Part shown: piece after piece, positions 55,909 through 64,000 of the stretch
How the letters are laid out: every line of letters starts with the position of its first letter
Numbering within the stretch: the stretch's first letter is position 1
The notes under the pieces: generated by a model
The model's input: the letters and a program-made list of their open reading frames with translations, nothing else
The model's database searches: none
What the model was told of the DNA's origin: nothing
Source: Sphingomonas sp.
Lineage (GTDB): Bacteria > Pseudomonadota > Alphaproteobacteria > Sphingomonadales > Sphingomonadaceae
Direction: 5' to 3'
Assembly: GCF_036388435.1 (NCBI RefSeq)
Contig: NZ_DASVRV010000052.1
Location: forward strand, 2,886 to 66,885
Length of the DNA: 64,000 bases
Position numbers and translations under genes: made by a program

Positions 55909-56124
55909 TTCTCGCGAAGACGCGAAGACGCGAAGGAGTTGATTCGCGCGGAGGCGCGGAGAGGGTGTGTGTCGGCCGCCGATTTCAAGAGCGCCGCGCC
56001 GGCGGCAGGTATTGGCGGACTTGCCCGGCTATGAAGGCCGCTCGCGCGGCGGGCTGTCCTTCTCCGCGCCTCCGCGTGTCCGCGCGAATTCCTTTTTCTT
56101 TACGTCTTGGCGTTTTCGCGTGAA
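55909..56124. repeat. ~215-bp element with long imperfect terminal inverted repeats (MITE-like / extragenic palindrome)
   Basis: The left arm is ttctcgcgaagacgcgaagacgcgaaggag..ttcgcgcggaggcgcggagagg (55909-55966). The right arm, reverse-complemented, is ttcacgcgaaaacgccaagacgtaaagaaaaaggaattcgcgcgg..aggcgcggagaagg (56058-56124). It fills the gap between convergent genes. Confidence 0.6.
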
Positions 56125-56144
56125 CCGACAACTCCGGTCCGCGC

Positions 56145-58238
56145 TCAAAAAATCCCCAGGAACTTCTTGCGCTTGCCGTTCTCTTCCTTGCTCGTGGTGC
56201 CGCGTCCGACATCGTCGCGCTTGTCGCCGCCCCTGGTGCGTTGCGCCGCCGCCGTCGCGCCGCCCAGCACCGGGCCGCAGGCGGCGGACTTCGCGTCGCC
56301 GATATCGACGAACGCCAGCACCGCGCCCACCGGCGAGGCGACCAGCGCCAGCCCGAGCCCGACGCCCGCGCGCGCCACCAGTTGCGGGCTGATCACGTCG
56401 AGCTTGGGCGCCGCGAAATGACCGCCGATGCCGACGGGCGACTGGCCGGAGAAGAGCGAGAATTTCTTGCCGTCGGCGCGCACCGCGAGATCGATCGCCT
56501 CCGTGCGGAAGCTGAATCCGCCCCGGCCCAGCACGACGTTCTTGGTCGTGTCGATCAGGATCGGATCGGCCGCCGCGACGCCGTTCCGCACGGTGAAGCC
56601 GATCAGCCCGCAATTGATGCGCACGGGCTCCTTCAGCTTCCGCTGGAACATCTTGTAGGCGAAGGTGCCCAAGTCGAGTTCCGACAGCTGGGCGTTGCGC
56701 GTCCACATCGTCCCCGCCGGGATGGTGATCGCGATCCGCCCGTTCGCGGTCGACAGCGAGCGGTGGACGGTGTCGCCGACCCCGACCAGCTGCGCGCGCG
56801 CGCGGACGGTGCCCGAGGTCCCGGCCTCCTCGACGCCCCAGCCCGCCAGCAGCCGCGCGATCGGGGTCGGTGCCAGGCGGATATCGTATTTGGTCCGCAC
56901 GGGCGCCTGACGCGCGTCAATGACGATGTCCGACGCGACCTCGCCGCGCGCCATGCTGAAGGTCAGCGGCGACAAGGTCAGCAGGCTGCGGTCGAGGTCG
57001 AGCGTCAGATCGATGTTCGAGATCGGCACCCGGCGCGAGCGCACGGCCGCGACCTTGTAGCGCACGTCCGCGTCGAACCGCCGGAGCGCGTCGACCCGCA
57101 GCCGCGCGTCGGGGAGGAGCCGGGGCACGGGCCCGCGCTGGCCGGACGCGGCCGCCACGCCCCTGGTCGCGATCAGATCGGGATTATAGCCCATGAAGGG
57201 GGCGACATCGACGATGTCGAGGCTGCGCGTCGTCAGATCGGCGTCGATATGGATGCGCGGATCGCCGCGCCGCACGGTGAAACGCCCGGCGATGTCGCTG
57301 TCGCCGAAGCGGCCCGTCAACCGGGTGAAGCGATAATCATTGCCCTGCTTCACCATCCGCGCGCGCATCCGGTAGGCGCGCGACTCGGGGATGGCGACGC
57401 CCAGGATGTTCAGGAGCTCGGCCATGTTCCAACCGCGTGCCGAGACGCGCAGCGGGACGCCCTCGATCTGCGTCGCGCTGGGCAGGGTGCCGGCCACGTC
57501 GATCCAGTCGCGGCCGAAGCGCGCAGTGGCCTGAAGCTTGTTCTCGCCATTGGCGACGGTGGAATTGGGCGACAGCAGCGACCCCGAAAGCGTGAAGGCC
57601 GAGTCGAGCGCGCGGCCGGTGCCCGAAAAGCGAAGCCGGTCGTTGATCCGCCCGGCGCCCGCCCGGATCGTCTCGAAGCCGACATCGACGAGGATGCGCA
57701 TGCGGGGATCGAGATAGCGCAAGGTGGTGCCGGACACCGTCGCGCGCCCGATCAGCGGCATCTCGAACGGCTCACCTTTCCCCTCAGAGAAGGTCCAGGT
57801 GTTGCGCCGGTGCGCCGCATCCCATTCCAGGTCGAGGCGCCCGTCGATCAGGTCGAGCCAGCGCATCCGCCGCCGGCCCCAGAGGAGCGACAGGGGCGGG
57901 ATGCGCGTCTCGATCCGCCGGGCGGAGAACAGGTCGGGACGCGTCGCCCAGGCCGGGTTGGCGATGCGCATCCGCTCGGCCACGAACTTGATGTCGACCG
58001 GCGCGAAATAGAGCTGGAAGTCGCCACCGACGCTGACCTCGCGCTCCAGCGAGCGGCCGACGATCGACTCGAAGGTTCCCCGCAGAAAGCGGCCTTTGGT
58101 GATGTAGAGGACCAGCCAGATCGCGAAGATCGTGCCGAGGACGCCCAGCACGACGTTGCGCACGATCTTCCACGCCCGCTTCTTGCGCGGGGGTGGCCGG
58201 TCGGTTTCGACCTCGGTACGCACGGCCGATACATCCAT
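56145..58238 (-). CDS. AsmA family outer-membrane-biogenesis-related protein
   Basis: The start is the internal Met MDVSAVRTE.... It has an N-terminal TM anchor (VVLGVLGTIFAIWLVLYI) and a ~650-aa periplasmic beta-rich region whose ends resemble AsmA/DUF3971-type proteins. The family call is moderate. Confidence 0.65.
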   Translation of the reverse strand: MDVSAVRTEVETDRPPPRKKRAWKIVRNVVLGVLGTIFAIWLVLYITKGRFLRGTFESIVGRSLEREVSVGGDFQLYFAPVDIKFVAERMRIANPAWATRPDLFSARRIETRIPPLSLLWGRRRMRWLDLIDGRLDLEWDAAHRRNTWTFSEGKGEPFEMPLIGRATVSGTTLRYLDPRMRILVDVGFETIRAGAGRINDRLRFSGTGRALDSAFTLSGSLLSPNSTVANGENKLQATARFGRDWIDVAGTLPSATQIEGVPLRVSARGWNMAELLNILGVAIPESRAYRMRARMVKQGNDYRFTRLTGRFGDSDIAGRFTVRRGDPRIHIDADLTTRSLDIVDVAPFMGYNPDLIATRGVAAASGQRGPVPRLLPDARLRVDALRRFDADVRYKVAAVRSRRVPISNIDLTLDLDRSLLTLSPLTFSMARGEVASDIVIDARQAPVRTKYDIRLAPTPIARLLAGWGVEEAGTSGTVRARAQLVGVGDTVHRSLSTANGRIAITIPAGTMWTRNAQLSELDLGTFAYKMFQRKLKEPVRINCGLIGFTVRNGVAAADPILIDTTKNVVLGRGGFSFRTEAIDLAVRADGKKFSLFSGQSPVGIGGHFAAPKLDVISPQLVARAGVGLGLALVASPVGAVLAFVDIGDAKSAACGPVLGGATAAAQRTRGGDKRDDVGRGTTSKEENGKRKKFLGIF

Positions 58239-58452
58239 GTGAGTAAATCGCGTACGGGGGCGAAACGGTTCCCGCCGCCGGCGAAGCGGCCGTCGGACGG
58301 CGCGCGGTGCTCGACGCCGGCCGGACGGGCACGTTGCAATCCGCACCGTCCCCGTCTATGCGCGCCCGTTCCCGAGCGATGCGGATTCAGACGGCCCGGC
58401 CACAAGGGCTGCCGCGGCCGTCCCAGGCATCGCCACCATGGAAGGAGTGAAA

Positions 58453-58656
58453 ATGCCCAAGCTCAAGACCAAGAGCGGCGTGAAGAAGCGCTTCAAGCTC
58501 ACCGCCACCGGATTGTTGAAGCACGGCGTTGCCGGCAAGCGCCACCGCCTGCTTCATCACAACGGCAAGTATATCCGCCAGAATCGCGGCACCAAGGTGC
58601 TGTCCAAGGCCGACACCGCCGCGGTGAAGGCCTGGGCCCCCTACGGTCTCGGCTGA
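58453..58656 (+). CDS. rpmI: 50S ribosomal protein L35
   Basis: It starts MPKLKTKSGVKKRFKLTATG..., preceded by GGAAGGAG. The track ORF starts 15 nt upstream. Confidence 0.95.
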   Translation: MPKLKTKSGVKKRFKLTATGLLKHGVAGKRHRLLHHNGKYIRQNRGTKVLSKADTAAVKAWAPYGLG

Positions 58657-58673
58657 GCGGAAAGGATTAAACA

Positions 58674-59039
58674 ATGGCACGCGTCAAACGGGGTGTAACC
58701 ACCCGCGCCAAGCACAAGCGGATCCTGGAACAGGCGAAGGGCTATTATGGCCGTCGCAAGAACACGATCCGCATCGCCCGCCAGGCCGTCGAAAAGGCCG
58801 GGCAATATGCCTATCGCGACCGCAAGGTGAAGAAGCGGACCTTCCGGGGTCTGTGGATCCAGCGCATCAACGCCGGCGTGCGGGCCGAGGGCCTGACCTA
58901 TTCGCAGTTCATGCACGGGCTGAAGCTCGCGGGCGTCGAACTGGACCGGAAGGTCCTGGCCGACATCGCGATGCATGAAGGCGCGGCGTTTACCGCGATC
59001 ATCGCGCAGGCGAAGGCGGCTCTGCCCCAAGCCGCCTGA
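58674..59039 (+). CDS. rplT: 50S ribosomal protein L20
   Basis: 121 aa, starting [30 protein letters not shown].... Confidence 0.96.
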   Translation: MARVKRGVTTRAKHKRILEQAKGYYGRRKNTIRIARQAVEKAGQYAYRDRKVKKRTFRGLWIQRINAGVRAEGLTYSQFMHGLKLAGVELDRKVLADIAMHEGAAFTAIIAQAKAALPQAA

Positions 59040-59065
59040 AGGCGACCTGCCGACCGCTCGAATGG

Positions 59066-59097
59066 GGGCGCGGGTGGATTGCCACCCGCGCCCTTTT
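59066..59097 (+). terminator. Canonical intrinsic terminator / attenuator between rplT and pheS
   Basis: A 12-bp stem gggcgcgggtgg / ccacccgcgccc with loop attg is followed by tttt. Confidence 0.8.
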
Positions 59098-59130
59098 CGT
59101 TAGGGGCCGTCCCGATCACCCGAGGACTTC

Positions 59131-60249
59131 ATGACCGACCTCCCCGCCTTGTCCGACCACCTCCTGACCTCGATCGAGGCGTCCGCCTCGCTCGACGCGT
59201 TGGAGGCGGTGCGCGTTGACGCCCTGGGGAAGCAGGGGCGGGTGACCGCGCTGCTCAAGACGCTGGGCGCGATGACGCCGGACCGGCGTCAGGCCGAGGG
59301 TCCGCCGATCCAGGCGTTGCGCGAGACGGTCACGGCCGCGATCGCCGCGCGCAAGGCGCATCTGGAGCAGCTGGCGCTGGATGCCCGGCTGGCGGGCGAG
59401 CGCGTCGACATGACGCTGCCCGTCGACCTGCCCGCGACGGGAACGATCCACCCGGTCAGCCAGGTCATGGACGAGCTGGCGGAAATCTTCGCCGATCTGG
59501 GCTTCGCGGTGGCGACCGGGCCCGAGATCGAGTCCGACTGGTATAATTTCGACGCGCTGAACATCCCGGAGACGCATCCAGCGCGCGCGATGCATGACAC
59601 CTTCTATGTCCAGGAAAGGCGGGAGCCTGACGCTTCCGGCCTTCGCGACCGCGAAGCGAAGTCGTTGCTCCGTACCCATACGTCCCCCGTCCAAATCCGC
59701 ACAATGCTGGCCCAGAAGCCGCCTATCAGAATCATCGCGCCGGGCCGCACCTATCGCTCGGACTCCGACGCGACGCACACGCCCATGTTCCACCAGGTGG
59801 AGGGGCTGGTGATCGATCGCGGCATCCATCTCGGGCATCTGAAATGGACGCTGGAGACCTTCCTCAAGGCCTATTTCGAGCGCGAGGACATCGTGCTCCG
59901 GCTGCGGCCAAGCTATTTTCCTTTCACGGAACCCTCGGTGGAGATCGATGTCGGGTATACACTGGTGAAGGGCAAGCGCGTCATCGGCGGCTCTGGCGCC
60001 GACGAGCAGGGGGGATGGCTCGAGGTGCTGGGCAGCGGCATGGTCCACCGCAAGGTGATCGAGGCATGCGGGCTTGATCCGGAGGAGTGGCAGGGCTTCG
60101 CCTTTGGCTGCGGGATCGATCGTCTGGCGATGCTGAAATACGGCATGGACGACCTGCGTCCGTTCTTCGACGGCGACCTGCGCTGGCTGAAACATTACGG
60201 CTTCTCGGCGCTCGACGTGCCGACCCTGTCCGGGGGAGTAGGCGCATGA
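59131..60249 (+). CDS. pheS: Phenylalanine--tRNA ligase alpha subunit
   Basis: 372 aa with [23 protein letters not shown] and class II motifs ([22 protein letters not shown]). Confidence 0.95.
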   Translation: MTDLPALSDHLLTSIEASASLDALEAVRVDALGKQGRVTALLKTLGAMTPDRRQAEGPPIQALRETVTAAIAARKAHLEQLALDARLAGERVDMTLPVDLPATGTIHPVSQVMDELAEIFADLGFAVATGPEIESDWYNFDALNIPETHPARAMHDTFYVQERREPDASGLRDREAKSLLRTHTSPVQIRTMLAQKPPIRIIAPGRTYRSDSDATHTPMFHQVEGLVIDRGIHLGHLKWTLETFLKAYFEREDIVLRLRPSYFPFTEPSVEIDVGYTLVKGKRVIGGSGADEQGGWLEVLGSGMVHRKVIEACGLDPEEWQGFAFGCGIDRLAMLKYGMDDLRPFFDGDLRWLKHYGFSALDVPTLSGGVGA

Positions 60250-62597
60250 AGTTCACGCTGAGCTGGCTCAAGGAGCATCTCGACACTGAAGCGACCTTGG
60301 ACCAGGTGGTCGAGACGCTCACCCGCATCGGGCTGGAGGTGGAGGGCGTCACCGATCCCGGCGCGAAGCTCGCGGCCTTTCGCGTCGCGCGCGTACTGAC
60401 GGCCGAGCGTCATCCGCAGGCGGACAAGCTGCAGGTGCTGTCGGTCGATGCGGGGGACGGCCCGGTGCAGGTCGTGTGCGGCGCCCCCAATGCGCGCGCG
60501 GGGCTGGTCGGCGTGTTCGGAGCGCCTGGCGCCCATGTGCCGGGGTCGGGGATCACGCTCAAGGTCGCGGCGATCCGGGGTGTCGAATCGAATGGCATGA
60601 TGTGCTCGACGCGCGAGCTCGAGCTGGGCGACGAGCATGACGGCATCATCGAACTGCCCGACGACGCCCCGGTCGGCGTCGCCTATCCCGATTATGCGGG
60701 GCTGAGCGATCCCGTGATCGACATCAGCGTCACCCCCAATCGGCAGGACTGCATGGGCGTGCGCGGCATCGCGCGCGATCTCGCCGCCGCCGGTCTGGGC
60801 ACGCTCAAACCGTTTCACGTGAAACACGCGGCCGGCGAGGGTACCGGGCCCGAGGTGACGATCGCGGACGCGGAGGGTTGCCCGGCCTTCTACGCGCAAG
60901 CCGTCACGGGCGTCGTCAATGGCGAGGCGCCCGACTGGATGCGACGCCGCCTCGTCGCGATCGGGCAGAAACCCATCTCGGCGCTGGTCGACATCACCAA
61001 TTATGTGATGATCGATCTCGGCCGTCCCCTGCACGTCTATGACCGCGCGACGCTTCGCGGCGGGCTCGTCGCGCGCAAGGCGCGTAGTGGTGAGCAACTG
61101 GTCGCGCTCAACGGGCGCAGTTACACGCTCGACGAGACGATGACGGTGATCGCCGACGGGGCGGTGGTGCACGACATCGGCGGGATCATGGGCGGCGAGC
61201 ATTCGGGCGTATCGGCCGGGACGACCGACATCGTGATCGAATGCGCCTGGTTCGATCCCGATACCATCGCGCGCACCGGCCAGAAGCTTCTGCTGACCAG
61301 CGATGCGCGCCAGCGTTTCGAGCGCGGGGTCGATCCGGCCTTTCTCGACGAGGGACTGGCGCACGCGACCGCGCTCGTGCTCGACATTTGCGGCGGCACC
61401 CCGAGCGCCGTCACGCGCGCGGGCCAGCCGCCGGTCGAGCCACGCGCCATCGCCTACGACCCGTCGCGGACCGAGACGCTGGGGGGCTTGGCGGTAGCGC
61501 CGGATCGCCAGCGCGCGATCCTCGCCTCGCTCGGCTTCGAGGTGGCGGAGGATTGGCGGGTCACCGTCCCGACCTGGCGCCGCGATGTCGATGGTCCCGC
61601 CGATCTGGTCGAGGAAGTGATCCGCATCGAGGGCATCGACAAGGTGCCGTCGGTGCCGCTGGAACGCCCCGCCGGGGTCGCGCGCCCGACCGCCACGCCC
61701 GCGCAGAAGCTGGAGCGCCGCCTGCGCCGCGCCGCCGCCGCGCGCGGATTGGACGAGGCCGTGACCTGGAGCTTCATATCGGACGCGGCGGCCGCGCCGT
61801 TCGGGGGCGGCGCCTGGACGCTCGCCAACCCGATCAGCGAGGAATTGAAGGTCATGCGCCCCTCGCTCCTGCCGGGGCTGTTGAGCGCGACGCTCGCCAA
61901 TCTCCGCCGCTCGGCCGGATCGGTGCGGCTGTTCGAGATCGGCCGCCGCTATCTGGCGGATGAGGAGCGCCCGACGCTCGGGCTCGTCCTCGCCGGCGAT
62001 CGTCGCGCGCGGGGCTGGCGTGAGGGCAAGGCGGCGGGCTTCGATGCGTTCGACGCCAAGGCCGAGGCGCTGGCGCTGCTCACGGCGGCGGGGGCGCCGG
62101 TCGACAATCTGCAGGTGATGGGGGACGCGGGCGACGCGTGGCATCCCGGCCAGTCGGGGACGCTCCGCCTCGGCCCCAAGACGGTGCTCGCCGCTTTCGG
62201 GATGGTGCATCCGAGCGTGCTCAAGGCGTTCGACCTGTCGGGCGCGGTCGCCGCGGTCGAGTTGTATCTCGACGCGATCCCGCCCAAGCGCGCGGCGGGC
62301 TTCGCACGCCCGCCCTTCGCGCCGCCCGCGCTTCAGCCGGTGCGCCGCGACTTCGCGTTCCTGGTCGCGCCCGATCTCGCCGCCGATGCGCTGGTGCGCG
62401 CGGTCAGGGGCGCGGACAAGGTCGCGATCGTCTCGGCGCGGGTGTTCGACCTGTTCGAGCGGGAAGGCGAGAAGTCGGTCGCGGTCGAGGTGATGCTCCA
62501 GCCGGGCGAAAAGAGCTTCACCGACGCCGAACTCAAGGCGATCGCGGACAAGGTCGTTGCGGCGGCGGCCAAGCAGGGCGCTCGGCTGCGTGGCTGA
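60246..62597 (+). CDS. pheT: Phenylalanine--tRNA ligase beta subunit
   Basis: It starts [14 protein letters not shown] as an ATGA overlap with the pheS stop. It is ~783 aa with tRNA-binding, B3/4, B5 and anticodon-binding-like regions. Confidence 0.95.
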   Translation: MKFTLSWLKEHLDTEATLDQVVETLTRIGLEVEGVTDPGAKLAAFRVARVLTAERHPQADKLQVLSVDAGDGPVQVVCGAPNARAGLVGVFGAPGAHVPGSGITLKVAAIRGVESNGMMCSTRELELGDEHDGIIELPDDAPVGVAYPDYAGLSDPVIDISVTPNRQDCMGVRGIARDLAAAGLGTLKPFHVKHAAGEGTGPEVTIADAEGCPAFYAQAVTGVVNGEAPDWMRRRLVAIGQKPISALVDITNYVMIDLGRPLHVYDRATLRGGLVARKARSGEQLVALNGRSYTLDETMTVIADGAVVHDIGGIMGGEHSGVSAGTTDIVIECAWFDPDTIARTGQKLLLTSDARQRFERGVDPAFLDEGLAHATALVLDICGGTPSAVTRAGQPPVEPRAIAYDPSRTETLGGLAVAPDRQRAILASLGFEVAEDWRVTVPTWRRDVDGPADLVEEVIRIEGIDKVPSVPLERPAGVARPTATPAQKLERRLRRAAAARGLDEAVTWSFISDAAAAPFGGGAWTLANPISEELKVMRPSLLPGLLSATLANLRRSAGSVRLFEIGRRYLADEERPTLGLVLAGDRRARGWREGKAAGFDAFDAKAEALALLTAAGAPVDNLQVMGDAGDAWHPGQSGTLRLGPKTVLAAFGMVHPSVLKAFDLSGAVAAVELYLDAIPPKRAAGFARPPFAPPALQPVRRDFAFLVAPDLAADALVRAVRGADKVAIVSARVFDLFEREGEKSVAVEVMLQPGEKSFTDAELKAIADKVVAAAAKQGARLRG

Positions 62598-63465
62598 ACC
62601 GATCCGCATCGGCAACGACCGACTCTCGGCCGCGATCGATCCGCTCGGCGCCGAGCTGTCGCATCTGTGGGATGCGGATGGCCGGGAGCTGATGACCGAT
62701 GCCGACCCGGCTTTCTGGACCGGGCGGGCACCGATCCTGTTCCCGATCGTCGGGCGGGCGAATGGCGACGTACTGCGCATCGACGGCGCCGACTATTCGA
62801 TGCCCAAGCACGGCTTCGCGCGACGGTCGCTGTTCGAAGTCGTCACGGCGGAGGAGGCGCGGGCCGTGTTCGCGCTCGTCGACTCCGACGCGACGCGTGC
62901 CGCCTATCCCTTCGCCTTCCGGTTGGAAGTGACGTTCCGGATCGAGGGGGCGACCCTTCTGACCGAGGTCGCGATCGAGAATCGCGGCTGCGGGGCGATG
63001 CCGGCGCAGTTCGGCTTCCACCCCGCCTTCGCCTGGCCGCTGCCCTATGGCCGCGACCGCGCCGCGCACCGCATCCTGTTCGAGGCGGACGAGCCGGGCG
63101 ATTTGCGCGCGATCACCCCCGAAGGCTTCATCGCCCCCGAGGATCGGCCTACGCCGCTCGACGGGCGCGTGCTGCGGCTGCGCGACGCGTTGTTCGACGA
63201 CGACGCGCTGGTCTGGGACCCCGTGCGGTCGCAGCGCCTGCGCTACGGGGCGCCGGACGGGCCGCAGCTCGACATCGCCTTTCCCGCCACGCCCAGGCTG
63301 GGCATCTGGACCAAGCCGGGCGCGCGCTTCGTCTGCGTCGAGCCCTGGCATGGGATCGCCGATCCGGCGGGCTATGCGGGCGACTTCCGCGACAAGCCCG
63401 GCGTGTTCGAGATCGCGCCCGGCGACGCCAAGCGGGTGAGCATGAGCGTGACGCTGGTGCCGTAG
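62590..63465 (+). CDS. Aldose 1-epimerase family protein
   Basis: The GTG start overlaps the pheT end by 8 nt. The motifs FPIVGR, KHGFAR, FGFHPAF and EPWHG are typical of the galactose mutarotase-like fold. Confidence 0.75.
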   Translation: MAEPIRIGNDRLSAAIDPLGAELSHLWDADGRELMTDADPAFWTGRAPILFPIVGRANGDVLRIDGADYSMPKHGFARRSLFEVVTAEEARAVFALVDSDATRAAYPFAFRLEVTFRIEGATLLTEVAIENRGCGAMPAQFGFHPAFAWPLPYGRDRAAHRILFEADEPGDLRAITPEGFIAPEDRPTPLDGRVLRLRDALFDDDALVWDPVRSQRLRYGAPDGPQLDIAFPATPRLGIWTKPGARFVCVEPWHGIADPAGYAGDFRDKPGVFEIAPGDAKRVSMSVTLVP

Positions 63466-63485
63466 CGCGTCCGTGACTATTTAAG

Positions 63486-63583
63486 CCGTCACCCCGGACT
63501 TGATCCGGGGTCCATCGGTGTACGCATCCCGCCATTGCCGAATTCGCACAACGATGGATGCCGGAACGGGTCCGGCATGACGG
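63486..63583. repeat. Inverted pair of ~30-nt hairpin repeats (REP/BIME-like) upstream of prfC
   Basis: Copy A is ccgtcaccccggacttgatccggggtccat (63486-63515). Copy B, reverse-complemented, is ccgtcatgccggacccgttccggcatccat (63554-63583). Each copy is itself a 7-bp hairpin. Confidence 0.6.
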
Positions 63584-63597
63584 ATTGAAACAAGACC

Positions 63598-64000
63598 ATG
63601 ACCTCCCCCCGCCGCACCTTCGCCATCATCTCCCACCCCGACGCCGGCAAGACCACGCTGACGGAAAAGCTGCTGCTCGCCGGCGGCGCCATCCATCTGG
63701 CGGGCGAGGTCAAGGCCAAGGGCCAGCGCCGCCTGGCGCGGTCGGACTGGATGAAGATCGAACAGCAGCGCGGCATCTCGGTCACCTCGTCGGTGATGAC
63801 CTTCGAGACGGACGGCATCACCTTCAACCTGCTCGACACGCCGGGGCACGAGGATTTCTCGGAGGACACGTATCGCACGCTGACCGCGGTCGATTCGGCG
63901 GTGATGGTGATCGACGCGGCGCGCGGGATCGAGGCGCAGACGCGCAAATTGTTCGAGGTGTGCCGCCTGCGCTCGGTGCCGATCATCACCTTCGTCAACA
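63598..64000 (+). CDS. prfC: Peptide chain release factor 3, 5' part only (runs off the right edge)
   Basis: Absent from the ORF track because no stop lies in the window. Manual translation gives [70 protein letters not shown]...[10 protein letters not shown]. The G1 and G3 motifs and RF3-specific context are present. Confidence 0.9.
   Translation, partial: MTSPRRTFAIISHPDAGKTTLTEKLLLAGGAIHLAGEVKAKGQRRLARSDWMKIEQQRGISVTSSVMTFETDGITFNLLDTPGHEDFSEDTYRTLTAVDSAVMVIDAARGIEAQTRKLFEVCRLRSVPIITFVN

Overview
High-GC, gene-dense chromosomal segment. Gene content and synteny point to an alphaproteobacterium, most likely Sphingomonadaceae; this is a guess from gene order and repeat types, not a search result. 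About 70 protein genes, one tRNA and no rRNA, CRISPR array, integrase, transposase or prophage genes were seen. The left end carries the alphaproteobacterial origin cluster: rho, hemJ and hemE on the minus strand, a ~400-nt gap with DnaA boxes, then DUF299-maf-aroE-coaE-dnaQ on the plus strand. I call that gap the probable oriC. Other blocks, left to right: (1) a translationally coupled type III PKS / methyltransferase / flavoprotein cluster followed by msrB and a class A PBP; (2) a TonB-dependent receptor plus a sugar-type ABC importer; (3) a ~1800-aa autotransporter next to tRNA-Leu; (4) ftsEX, tyrC-hisC and metXW; (5) a response regulator and HWE kinase; (6) ssb, feoAB, a riboflavin operon, rpmI-rplT-pheST and the start of prfC. 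The least explained items are three. First, a visibly lower-GC orphan lipoprotein gene bracketed by two copies of a 26-bp palindrome (47.7-48.5 kb). Second, two tandem tiny hydrophobic ORFs with strong ribosome-binding sites downstream of a diguanylate cyclase (53.0-53.2 kb). Third, several long inverted-repeat elements. All calls rest on reading the supplied translations and the DNA by eye. No searches or computations were run, and start codons are often my choice among in-frame candidates.
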